Notes under the pieces: model-generated
What the model was told of the DNA's origin: nothing
The model's input: the letters and a program-made list of their open reading frames with translations, nothing else
Databases searched by the model: none
Virus record (IMG/VR): IMGVR_UViG_3300048547_000554
Coordinates: 1-46,164 of that record
Length of the DNA: 46,164 bases
Origin: a virus
Taxonomy: Duplodnaviria; Caudoviricetes
Direction: 5' to 3' (one strand)
Shown: positions 17,551 through 26,575 of the stretch, one piece after another
Numbering within the stretch: position 1 is the stretch's first letter
How the letters are laid out: each line of letters starts with the position of its first letter
Program-made: the position numbers and the translations under genes

Positions 17551-18211
17551 TATTTTTTTCCCACTTTTCTAAATCTGCTGGTGTGTTTATTTCTATACCA
17601 TTAAATTCTACTTCAACTACGCCTATACGTACACCATTTTGTATCCAACGTAACTGCTCTAGTTTTTCAATATCTTCTTCTACAAATTTTGTACTTGCAT
17701 TATACATAGCCTTTGCTTCTCTATTATAACCATATATACCTAAATGATGATCGCCATATTCTAAACTAGCACGTAAAAACCAATGTGCTCTGCCCCTGCT
17801 GTGTATCATTTTAACACTGTTTGGATCATTTCGCAAGTTAAAATCCATAGGTGTATATGCCGTTGCTACATCGCTTCTATGTAATTCATTTTCAACTGCA
17901 AGTATTATTTGTGCTGTAATATCTGGCATATCTCCTTGCACATTTATATATCTATCGTATTGTAGTACTTCGTCAATTGCTTGCATACAACGTTCGGTGC
18001 CATTTTCTGCTTGTTGTGTCATAATGCACTTACCAGCGCCTATATGATTGTACACTTCTTGTGCATCTGTGAGAACATATGTATCTAGTCCTGTAGCTGC
18101 ACATTTATTGTAAACAACCTCTACTAAAGGAACTCCATTTAGTGGTGCCATCATTTTACCAGGAAATCTTGTGCTTGCATATCTTGCAGGGATTAATATT
18201 GCTGTTGTCAT
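17543..18211 (-). CDS. kdsB: CMP-Kdo synthetase (3-deoxy-manno-octulosonate cytidylyltransferase)
   Basis: IPARYASTRFPGK, GTERC, INVQGDMP, HLGIYGY, EKLEQLRW. Confidence 0.93.
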   Translation of the reverse strand: MTTAILIPARYASTRFPGKMMAPLNGVPLVEVVYNKCAATGLDTYVLTDAQEVYNHIGAGKCIMTQQAENGTERCMQAIDEVLQYDRYINVQGDMPDITAQIILAVENELHRSDVATAYTPMDFNLRNDPNSVKMIHSRGRAHWFLRASLEYGDHHLGIYGYNREAKAMYNASTKFVEEDIEKLEQLRWIQNGVRIGVVEVEFNGIEINTPADLEKWEKNNG

Positions 18212-18212
18212 T

Positions 18213-18788
18213 TTACATCCTTATCATTTCGTACAAATTATCCTGTACCTTTTGTACAGTAGGAATAGCGTTAAAATCTACGTAAGTTTGATTGCTAAAC
18301 TTACAACTATTTTTTGTTAACATTACTTTTGCCTTTGTCTTATGTAACCAAAAGTTAAATCCTAGCGGTCTGTCTCGAACACAAATATCCCAGGCTGCTC
18401 CGTACATATAAACTGATTGTATTTCATCAATGTTTTGAAACTCCCAAGGATAATGTATTGTATACACATTTTTTGTTTTTGTCAACCTCCATACTTCTGG
18501 ATTTGTTAAGTGATCTCTTCTACCATTATGCATTTTATCGTAATCAATGTTTTTTATTTTTTTATTCCAATTATCACTTCCTACGAATTTTCTTGTGTCT
18601 AATGCTATTGGTGTTTTCCATTCTTTTTTTATAACATCATATGAAGCAACAATAACTGTATCGATTGTTTTATTGGTGTCAATTTCTTTTATCCATTTTT
18701 TGTGTGTAAGTTTAGTAAATAGATCTAAGTTAGAATTTTTGTCTACCCAAAAATCAATTAATACAGCAACATTTTTCATCACATCCAA
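18213..18788 (-). CDS. Hypothetical protein, possible isochorismatase/cysteine-hydrolase fold
   Basis: AVLIDFW near the N-terminus and MYGAAWDICV later. Confidence 0.45.
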   Translation of the reverse strand: MDVMKNVAVLIDFWVDKNSNLDLFTKLTHKKWIKEIDTNKTIDTVIVASYDVIKKEWKTPIALDTRKFVGSDNWNKKIKNIDYDKMHNGRRDHLTNPEVWRLTKTKNVYTIHYPWEFQNIDEIQSVYMYGAAWDICVRDRPLGFNFWLHKTKAKVMLTKNSCKFSNQTYVDFNAIPTVQKVQDNLYEMIRM

Positions 18789-19567
18789 TGCCAGCTATTG
18801 CCTGCTCTGTAGCAGTGATATATCTGCTTAACTACGTCTTCAAAATCTTTTAGGTACAACATATTAGGACCATCGCTTGGTGCAGCATCAGGATCTTTAT
18901 GTACTTCTATGAAAAAATTTGTAATCCCAAGAGCACTGCTTGCCCTAGCCAGACCAGGAATATAATCCCTGTTGCCACCACTAGATTCCCCAAGTCCTCC
19001 GGGCTTTTGGCACGAGTGGCTAATATCGTACACAATTGGAGTGTTATAAGTGTCAAGCATATACTGCAAACCAGTAAAGTCAACGACAAGATTATTGTAA
19101 CCAAAACTTGTTCCCCTTTCAGTTATCCAAACTTCTTTGGCACCTTCTGTTTTAGATAAAATGCCTTTGACGTCCCAGGGTGCAAGGAACTGTCCTTTTT
19201 TAATATTAACAATTTTATCTGTAGCACAGGCCGCTTTGATTAAGTCAGTCTGTCTACACAAGAATGCAGGTATCTGTAATACATCTACAACATCTCCTAA
19301 CATATCTATTTTGTGTATTTGTTCTATAGTATGTACATCAGTTAATGTTTTTACATTGAATTTTTCTTTGATCGCTTTGAAATCTGTCATAGTAGGTCCA
19401 AAGCCGGCACCACGTTTGCCTTGCATACTACTACGGTTTGCCTTATCAAAACTTGCCTTAAAGTAATATTCAATGTTATACCTATCACATACTCGTTTAC
19501 ATTCACGTGCAATTTCTGAACTTTGTGCTAATGTCTCGTGCTGACACGGTCCTGCAATAATTCTCAT
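18779..19567 (-). CDS. kdsA: Kdo-8-phosphate synthase, metal-dependent type
   Basis: IAGPC, KASFDKANRSS, LQIPAFLCRQTDL, NIKKGQFLAP, ERGTSFGY, SHS, EVH, SDG. Confidence 0.95.
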   Translation of the reverse strand: MRIIAGPCQHETLAQSSEIARECKRVCDRYNIEYYFKASFDKANRSSMQGKRGAGFGPTMTDFKAIKEKFNVKTLTDVHTIEQIHKIDMLGDVVDVLQIPAFLCRQTDLIKAACATDKIVNIKKGQFLAPWDVKGILSKTEGAKEVWITERGTSFGYNNLVVDFTGLQYMLDTYNTPIVYDISHSCQKPGGLGESSGGNRDYIPGLARASSALGITNFFIEVHKDPDAAPSDGPNMLYLKDFEDVVKQIYHCYRAGNSWHWM

Positions 19568-19827
19568 TTTGATTCCTTTATAAGATAGTAAGTTGTTACT
19601 AGTTTATCAAGTTGTTTCATCAAAGTTTTGTTTTGTAATGCTAGTTCACATAGTTCTTTCCAACTACCATAATCCAACAACTCACCTTGCGCTCTGGCAA
19701 CTGCACCCGGATCTCCTCCGATAATCCATCTTGGTTTAGTGTTATGAGGAGGATCTCGATACCTTGCCCAAACTACTCCGTTTGCACGTTCGTAAATCAA
19801 TGCTTCCCCTGTAACAAGTTTACTCAT
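19564..19827 (-). CDS. Hypothetical protein (87 aa)
   Basis: Tiles within the operon with short overlaps. Confidence 0.7.
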   Translation of the reverse strand: MSKLVTGEALIYERANGVVWARYRDPPHNTKPRWIIGGDPGAVARAQGELLDYGSWKELCELALQNKTLMKQLDKLVTTYYLIKESK

Positions 19828-20368
19828 TTTTTTCTAACAAAACAATATACTTAACCATATGTATTTGCTGTCCTTGTATAAATTTTTCTTTTTCTTTAAC
19901 TTTTTCAAACACAATCTTCCAGTTATATTTTGAAAGTTTGTTTTTCCACCAGTCAGGTGTTTCTACAATTAAATGAGCATTTCTTCCGTCTTTTAGTTTT
20001 TTCTTTGCTGGATGACAAGCAATTAAATGATATTGATATTTTGTTGTAATATTAAAAAGCATATCTAGTGTTTCTTCAAGATATGCCGGCTCTATGTGTT
20101 CTAGGACATCGCTACTATATGTCATATCAACAGTAGTTGGTAAATCTATACAAGATGTTACAGGATCGTATGTATATAAATTAATATCTTTATAATGTTC
20201 TTTTACAGTATTAGAAAAGAATCCCTTTCCACTTCCAAAATCCAATAAGCTTTTTATTTTTTCTAAATAAGGCAAAATTGTTTTAGGTAAGTTTGTTCCA
20301 CCACTTCCGAATTTAGTTGTGTTATGCAGATGCGAAAGTTGATCTAGATATTCTTTTGATAAACTCAT
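19820..20368 (-). CDS. Class I SAM-dependent methyltransferase
   Basis: LLDFGSGKG, YDP, SSDVLEHIEP. Confidence 0.85.
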   Translation of the reverse strand: MSLSKEYLDQLSHLHNTTKFGSGGTNLPKTILPYLEKIKSLLDFGSGKGFFSNTVKEHYKDINLYTYDPVTSCIDLPTTVDMTYSSDVLEHIEPAYLEETLDMLFNITTKYQYHLIACHPAKKKLKDGRNAHLIVETPDWWKNKLSKYNWKIVFEKVKEKEKFIQGQQIHMVKYIVLLEKNE

Positions 20369-20709
20369 ACAGTTGTACCAACAGACCTTCTTACAATATC
20401 ATTGTGATTAAACTCAGCCCAATACAGTTCAAAAGCAATACCGTCTTCTAATCCTTCGAACTGATGAATTACTCCTGGCTTGACTTGTGTAAAGTCTCCT
20501 GGACCAAGAATAGTTTCATCTACTAAGTCGTAATCTTTTTGCCATACACGAACTAGCATTTTTCCCGACTCGACAAAAAATCCGTTCCATTTAAATTGAT
20601 GTTCGTGTTCGCTACACTTGTAGCCACCTTTGAATTCAATCCGGTGAAACTCTAGTACACCGTTAGCGTGGATAAGTTCAGTTTGTCCCCAAATCTTTCC
20701 TGCTTTCAT
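20365..20709 (-). CDS. Cupin, sugar isomerase/epimerase-like
   Basis: KIWG, CSEHEH, VESGKM, LGPGD...PGVIHQF. Confidence 0.75.
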   Translation of the reverse strand: MKAGKIWGQTELIHANGVLEFHRIEFKGGYKCSEHEHQFKWNGFFVESGKMLVRVWQKDYDLVDETILGPGDFTQVKPGVIHQFEGLEDGIAFELYWAEFNHNDIVRRSVGTTV

Positions 20710-20718
20710 ATTAATCTC

Positions 20719-21225
20719 CTATAACAATTTTCCAAAGTCAATAACTTCACTTTGGCGGTTTATATCTTTTACAAAAAAGGCACAATACGGATTATCGCCT
20801 TCTTCTATTGGAACACTTAAAAGTTGACCTGTTTTAAGCTTTGGAAAATACCATTTTACATCATTGTAAAAATTTACTATTTCTATTGTTCCAAATTTTG
20901 GGTTACTACTTGTTAACGGGTTAAAAAGGTATGCTTCAAACCCTCTTTGATTTAAACTTGTTAGTGGTAGTACTTCTAAGTCACTTCCTGCTTGACTACA
21001 ACCCACTGCTAAACACCAATCCAATGGCATTGTTATCTGCTTATTATTTATTTCAAGTACAACTGCCGGTGAACTAAAGCTTTCTAAAAAAATTAATGGG
21101 ATAAAAAAGAAATCTGGATCTTGAGGATTACTATTATCTAGCACACTAAATCTTACTGAATCGTCTACTTCTTCTGGTACTGTATTTAAATTAAAACTTT
21201 TGTTTTCTAATGTTAAAATATTCAT
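20719..21225 (-). CDS. Hypothetical all-beta protein
   Basis: 168-aa ORF abutting UvsW. Confidence 0.75.
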   Translation of the reverse strand: MNILTLENKSFNLNTVPEEVDDSVRFSVLDNSNPQDPDFFFIPLIFLESFSSPAVVLEINNKQITMPLDWCLAVGCSQAGSDLEVLPLTSLNQRGFEAYLFNPLTSSNPKFGTIEIVNFYNDVKWYFPKLKTGQLLSVPIEEGDNPYCAFFVKDINRQSEVIDFGKLL

Positions 21226-22689
21226 TTATTTCCAATCCACTTTTTCTATTGTGAATGGGTATTGTGCTTCCTTATAAAACTTTTTACGTTGGGTAAGGTG
21301 CCGCTTCGCAAACTTACAAGTGCTTGTAAGATCCCATATTTGTACGAAGTCTTTGTCTTTTGCCTTTCGAACGCCTCTGCCTATGCTTTGTATAACTCGA
21401 ACAAAACTCTTTCCTGGCTCTATAAGAACAAGATTGAAAATTCTAGGTATGTTTAAGCCAACTGCTGCAACGCCGTATGTTGCAATAATAACTTTGTTTG
21501 TACCTTCTTTAATTTCGTCGTAAGTTTCTTTTCTGTCTTTTACTTTAACACTACCGCTAACAAATGTGCTATCGGGTATTAGTTCTGCTAACATTTCACC
21601 TGCACTAATCCTATCTACAAGTATTAAAGTATTGCCTGATTCTTTTACTGTTTTTAATAATTTGCCTAAATAATTTATTCTATCTTGATTTGTTACAAGA
21701 TATTTTAATTCTTCCTGATAACCTCTGTGTGCTACTGTATCAATAAGTTGCACAATATTTACGTGACATTGCGATAGTACACCTTTGTCTTGCAATTCTT
21801 TAGCACTAATGTTTCCAATAACTGGACCCAATGAAGCGTGTATGCTTTCAAACTCAAACTTCTCTTTAGGTACTGTACCAGTTAGTCCCCAACGTATGGG
21901 TGCATTACGTAGGTTGCGTGTAAGCAAGTTCTTGAGAACTTCTGCTTTAGCTTGGTGTACTTCGTCAACAATAATAGTGCTTACACCTTCCAAGAACTCT
22001 GCAAGTGATAACACTGCTGATCCGTCCTTGTTCTTCTTGTCGAGTATATTCAAACTCTGCCAAGTGCAAATAGTGTGAGTCTTACCTAGGTTCTTCCTGT
22101 CTCCGAAGTACACCCCTACATCCAAGCCGCAGTTAATATAGTCCTCTTCTGTTTGTTCTACCAACGACTTGTTAGGAACAATCACAAGACTTCTGCCATA
22201 CGGCTCGCTTATGTGTGACAGCGTTGCTGTGGTAATTGTTTTGCCTGCACCAGTAGCAATCTGTTGCAAGCTCTGTGGATTTTCTAAGAAATTGTTAATT
22301 GCTTCTACTTGATAGTCACGTAGAATAATATCTTCGCCTTCTGCTGGATGTCCTTCAGGCCATACAACGCCTTGGTCTTTCCAGTATGTTTCTGTGACTG
22401 GTTTGAAGTTTAATTGTATTGGATGACGTCTATCATCAATGTCAACAATTTGTACTCTGTTCTTAGCAAGTACTTCTTGTACAACATCAAGATGATTAAC
22501 ATAGCCAGTACCGCCTATGCCAAAGAAAGCAACCTTGCCGTCCCAACGTCCTAGTTTGTACTGCGGCATATATCTTGCATATGGCACATCGAACTTGAGA
22601 GCATTTGACAACTTCCGCCGAACATCGACTTCTAGTCCTTCTAGTTTAATATTTACTTCGTCTTCAATTATTAATCTACAAGTTGCCAA
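21226..22689 (-). CDS. uvsW: SF2 DNA helicase, UvsW-like
   Basis: LRDYQ, ATGAGKT, VDEVH, GLTGT, QSIGRGVR. Confidence 0.9.
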   Translation of the reverse strand: MATCRLIIEDEVNIKLEGLEVDVRRKLSNALKFDVPYARYMPQYKLGRWDGKVAFFGIGGTGYVNHLDVVQEVLAKNRVQIVDIDDRRHPIQLNFKPVTETYWKDQGVVWPEGHPAEGEDIILRDYQVEAINNFLENPQSLQQIATGAGKTITTATLSHISEPYGRSLVIVPNKSLVEQTEEDYINCGLDVGVYFGDRKNLGKTHTICTWQSLNILDKKNKDGSAVLSLAEFLEGVSTIIVDEVHQAKAEVLKNLLTRNLRNAPIRWGLTGTVPKEKFEFESIHASLGPVIGNISAKELQDKGVLSQCHVNIVQLIDTVAHRGYQEELKYLVTNQDRINYLGKLLKTVKESGNTLILVDRISAGEMLAELIPDSTFVSGSVKVKDRKETYDEIKEGTNKVIIATYGVAAVGLNIPRIFNLVLIEPGKSFVRVIQSIGRGVRKAKDKDFVQIWDLTSTCKFAKRHLTQRKKFYKEAQYPFTIEKVDWK

Positions 22690-23906
22690 TTATTAAATCC
22701 TTTGGTATAGTATGTTTCAGTAAAACTACTTAAACTTATATCATTGTAAACTATCAAATCGCAATTAAAATTTACATAATTAGTTACTAATCTATTAGAA
22801 CGTAAGCTAGATTTACAAACTGCTGTTCGTGGCTTAAAATCTGTTTTAAGTAAAACTTTAGGTAGTTTATCTTTTTTAATATACACTACTTTTGTTGTTT
22901 TGTCTACCCAGTTGTTAAGAATATTTTCTTTAACAAAATTATTCAGTTGATTATTTTTTTTATCACTACTTTCAACTCTAAACATAACACTTTGTAAATT
23001 ATTTGGAACGTATTTTGATATTGCTGTATGCATTTCTTTAACTTGATCAAATGCATCGTCTTTATCTATACAAACTATCAAAGGATATCTTTCTAAATAA
23101 TCTATACAATTTACTATATCGTATAAACTATTTGTTTCAATGTTAGCAAGTACAGTTGGTTGTTTGCGATATGCAATCTTATCTAATAATGTATTGTCTT
23201 GTATATCAGAAACGTAAAACCCATACGCAATAGATAAATCTGCAATTTTTAATTTTTCAGTCGATTGTAATTGCGTAGCAACATTTGTATCTACATTTAA
23301 AAATTTATTATTTTTATATTGGGGAATAAATGCATCTTTATTATCATAAATTTGCTGTACTTTTTTAGATACATCTGTAATAGTTTGATCAATTTGCCAA
23401 TCAGGAAATGCTGAATGTAATTTGTAACAATTTAATGCAGTAAATTTAAAATAATGTTCGTGAGAGTTTTTTTCGTGAAAGTATGTTTTATTATTGTTAC
23501 TATGTATAATTGACTCTAACTTTGTTATATATTTTTTATTAAAAGGAAATCTAATTTTTATATATAGTCCTTCTTTTAATGAATAATGTGATCTACTATT
23601 TTTAACAATATTATCAAATTCAACAAGTGATATATATTTTGATCTATCTATTTCTCTAAACTCAGTGCTTATACTTTGTAATGCAGCACTCCAATTAGGT
23701 ATGTTATTTTTTTCAAATTGTTTTGTATATATTTCTAATTTTAATTTTAGTAAATTATATTGTCTATCTGTGAGAGCAACACCCTTAACAATTTGTCTAT
23801 CAAAACTATTCAATAACGATAAGTCAGAATCTCTCAATGCGAAAGTGTGTCCCCATTTGCCTAAGACACACGCTAACAAGTCTTCGATGTATTGTATTTC
23901 ATTCAT
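22671..23906 (-). CDS. Hypothetical protein (411 aa)
   Basis: Long ORF with its own sigma70-type promoter. Confidence 0.75.
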   Translation of the reverse strand: MNEIQYIEDLLACVLGKWGHTFALRDSDLSLLNSFDRQIVKGVALTDRQYNLLKLKLEIYTKQFEKNNIPNWSAALQSISTEFREIDRSKYISLVEFDNIVKNSRSHYSLKEGLYIKIRFPFNKKYITKLESIIHSNNNKTYFHEKNSHEHYFKFTALNCYKLHSAFPDWQIDQTITDVSKKVQQIYDNKDAFIPQYKNNKFLNVDTNVATQLQSTEKLKIADLSIAYGFYVSDIQDNTLLDKIAYRKQPTVLANIETNSLYDIVNCIDYLERYPLIVCIDKDDAFDQVKEMHTAISKYVPNNLQSVMFRVESSDKKNNQLNNFVKENILNNWVDKTTKVVYIKKDKLPKVLLKTDFKPRTAVCKSSLRSNRLVTNYVNFNCDLIVYNDISLSSFTETYYTKGFNNWQLVD

Positions 23907-23912
23907 AATTTA

Positions 23913-23941
23913 ACTATAACAGATTATAAATGATTAGTCAA
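23913..23941 (-). promoter_or_regulatory. Sigma70-type promoter, probably leaderless
   Basis: TTGACT-17 nt-TATAGT (TG extended), then 6 nt, then ATG. Confidence 0.65.
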
Positions 23942-24775
23942 TCTATTTAAAGGAATACCCTTTTCTATTTCATCTATGGTATATTCTGTCCAAGCATAAT
24001 CATTTAACCATTGTTGTCTTTCGGGTGTGATTGGATTTTTTATCTGCGACAATTCTTGATTTGCTACTTCATAAGCCAAACTACTCGGTCCTGTAAAAAC
24101 AGGTATGCCTGCAATTGCTGCTTGCACACCGGGATTACTACTCCAATTAACCACTGCAAAAACATCTTTGAAACTAAGGTTAAAGTCGTCATATGTGTTA
24201 TCAAGTTTTACAGGTTCGTCTCTATAAACATTTTGGTATTGCCTTTCTATATGTTCTAATCTGCATCTAGGATGTGGCCGAAACACAATAGGCATATCTG
24301 TATAACTTTTTATTTCGTCAATTATACTCATCAACCAATTACTCATACGTGGCATATTTTCCCATTGTAAACTTTTATCGTGTTGTCCACAAATTAAAAT
24401 ATGAGTTCCGCTTGTCTTCCAAGGTTTTAGAAATAACCCAAGAGAATCAGCGCGAGAACTATTATTATGAAGTCCACCAAAATAAGCGTCACGATTAATT
24501 CCATTTAGTCCTACCTTCCAAGTTGTTCCACGTTTTATACCACCTACTTCAAGTACAATAACAGGCTTATTTTGTTTTTTACATACGTTCCATATATGCC
24601 TATTTGGAGTCATTCTTCCGGCAAATAATACACTCCATATTACGTGTACATCAGCACTGCCTATTGAATCATTGTCAGACAAACTATGTCCTGCATTAAG
24701 CAAACTATTTTTAAAAGCATCAAATACTGGCTTTGAATTCATTGCTCCATATTCATTCCATAATTTAAATTTCAT
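23924..24775 (-). CDS. KpsC/KpsS-like (capsule-synthesis family) glycosyltransferase
   Basis: VLEVGGIKR, ILICGQHDKS, IVFRPHP, VVNWSSNPGVQAAIAGIPV. Confidence 0.6.
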   Translation of the reverse strand: MKFKLWNEYGAMNSKPVFDAFKNSLLNAGHSLSDNDSIGSADVHVIWSVLFAGRMTPNRHIWNVCKKQNKPVIVLEVGGIKRGTTWKVGLNGINRDAYFGGLHNNSSRADSLGLFLKPWKTSGTHILICGQHDKSLQWENMPRMSNWLMSIIDEIKSYTDMPIVFRPHPRCRLEHIERQYQNVYRDEPVKLDNTYDDFNLSFKDVFAVVNWSSNPGVQAAIAGIPVFTGPSSLAYEVANQELSQIKNPITPERQQWLNDYAWTEYTIDEIEKGIPLNRLTNHL

Positions 24776-24777
24776 AC

Positions 24778-24800
24778 TTAAATACTCCAGTACTATTTAA
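24778..24800. promoter_or_regulatory. Face-to-face TTAAATA boxes (inverted repeat) between divergent glycosyltransferase genes
   Basis: TTAAATA-CTCCAGTAC-TATTTAA; GGAG and AAGGA RBS-like sequences in the two leaders. Confidence 0.55.
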
Positions 24801-24812
24801 CAAGGAAGAAAT

Positions 24813-25655
24813 ATGGCAAACATAACTGTGGTAACAACATTTCATAAACAAGGACTAGACAAATACGGACAACGTTTCCTAGATAGTTTTGCTGAAAATG
24901 TTGATCCAAACATAAATTTACTTGTTTATGCAGAGAATTGTTTTCCTGCTATAACTAATAGATCGCAAATAATAGAAATACAAGCAACCAGAGAACTTCC
25001 TAAATTAAATAAATTTAAACAGCGTTGGAAAGATATACCAAAAGCAAATGGTATACCGCCTGCTGATATTAAAGCACGTAGACCAAGAGATTGGCATAAA
25101 GAGTTTAAATGGAATGCAATTCGTTTTGCAAACAAAGTTTATGCTGTTTTTGATGCATTTGAAAAAAGCACAGATTGGTGTGTGTGGATGGACGCCGATA
25201 CATTTGTACATAATAAGTGGAGTTACAAACAATTTAAAAAATTGTTGCCAGACGATAAATGGATTACATATGTAGGTAGAGGTAAAGGTTCGCAAACTTG
25301 GCCGGAGTGCGGGTTTTATGGATTAAATAAAAACCATCCAATGTGTATACAATTTATAAAAGAGTTTGAAAGATTTTATGAAGAAGCCGAAAACGGTATT
25401 TTTGAATTAGAAGAATGGCACGATAGTTTTGTTTTTGGACACATTTTAAACCAACTAACAAAAATTGACAATAATGTATTGGATTATAGTGCCGATATGT
25501 ATTTGAAAGAAGCAAAAACTGGCGGCGGTGGACATCCGTTAATTAACACTGAACTTGGTAGATGGATAGATCATATGAAAGGTGATAGGAAGAATACTGG
25601 TAAAAGTTTACCTAAAGATATAATGGTAAAAAGAACCGAAAGTTACTGGACGTAA
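24813..25655 (+). CDS. GT-A fold glycosyltransferase
   Basis: VVTTF, RFANKVYA, WMDADT (DxD), ECGF, EWHDSFVF, HMKG. Confidence 0.75.
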   Translation: MANITVVTTFHKQGLDKYGQRFLDSFAENVDPNINLLVYAENCFPAITNRSQIIEIQATRELPKLNKFKQRWKDIPKANGIPPADIKARRPRDWHKEFKWNAIRFANKVYAVFDAFEKSTDWCVWMDADTFVHNKWSYKQFKKLLPDDKWITYVGRGKGSQTWPECGFYGLNKNHPMCIQFIKEFERFYEEAENGIFELEEWHDSFVFGHILNQLTKIDNNVLDYSADMYLKEAKTGGGGHPLINTELGRWIDHMKGDRKNTGKSLPKDIMVKRTESYWT

Positions 25656-26575
25656 TTTTTTATATGACTCCAGCATTGTCCTGTTTCGAGTTCACTAAAA
25701 TTCCAATGAAACATACTAATTCTTTGTAACCATTTTAATCTATCAAAAGTTTTTGGGTTTTCTATATCTTGTAAATTATGATTGCTTACTTCTGAACATT
25801 GACTTTTATTTGGCTCTGTAACAAAGGCATTATATCCTTTTATAATTGGCCCTACTATACCACTACTATTTTTATTAACAACTGCATAACAATTTTTTAA
25901 GTCATTTTCTAATCTGTTGGCAGGATCGCATATCATAACTTTGTTTAATTTATAAAAAGGATTAGTTCTTGGGTTTAAAAATTGTTTAGATTTTTTACAA
26001 CCCGGATGCGGTCTGATTCTAATCATTCGATCACATCCTGCTTTTCTAATTTGTCTAATAGTTTTGTTTGTCCAATCAATTACGTTTTCTCCGCCCATAC
26101 TCCAGCCGCCTTGTCTTTGCAAAAGTATAAGAATATGACTTCCGTTTTTTTTGTTTTCTTCTAAACGTATTCCTGTATTGATAGATATTTGATTCCATCT
26201 TGTTTCATCAATATTATTATCACAATAAATTCCCGTATCTGGAAAAACACCGTTCAAACTATAACGCAAATAGCCTTGAGGATTAATCTTATTTGCATAC
26301 AAAAACAAATTTGCATCAGCAACTATTGTGTATCTGTTTGTTTTTTGTTGATGTTCTATAACCTTTTTGCGTAAACTTAAATGTGATGGTGTAGTATCAT
26401 TATATACCCATCCTTGTATAAGTGCCGCATCGCAGTCTACGGTAAAATATTCTCTATGCAAATGAGACTCGTCGCCAGTACGTTGCACACCATTATGAAA
26501 TTTCATAAGCAATTCTTCTTTTTGCTTATTGGTATTACCTCTAGGAACACTAGTTAGATAATTAACTACTTTCAT
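25643..26575 (-). CDS. KpsC/KpsS-like glycosyltransferase, paralogue 2
   Basis: ILILLQR, IRIRPHP, VVNKNSS...IIKG; C-terminal W...HWNFSELETG. Confidence 0.55.
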   Translation of the reverse strand: MKVVNYLTSVPRGNTNKQKEELLMKFHNGVQRTGDESHLHREYFTVDCDAALIQGWVYNDTTPSHLSLRKKVIEHQQKTNRYTIVADANLFLYANKINPQGYLRYSLNGVFPDTGIYCDNNIDETRWNQISINTGIRLEENKKNGSHILILLQRQGGWSMGGENVIDWTNKTIRQIRKAGCDRMIRIRPHPGCKKSKQFLNPRTNPFYKLNKVMICDPANRLENDLKNCYAVVNKNSSGIVGPIIKGYNAFVTEPNKSQCSEVSNHNLQDIENPKTFDRLKWLQRISMFHWNFSELETGQCWSHIKNYVQ

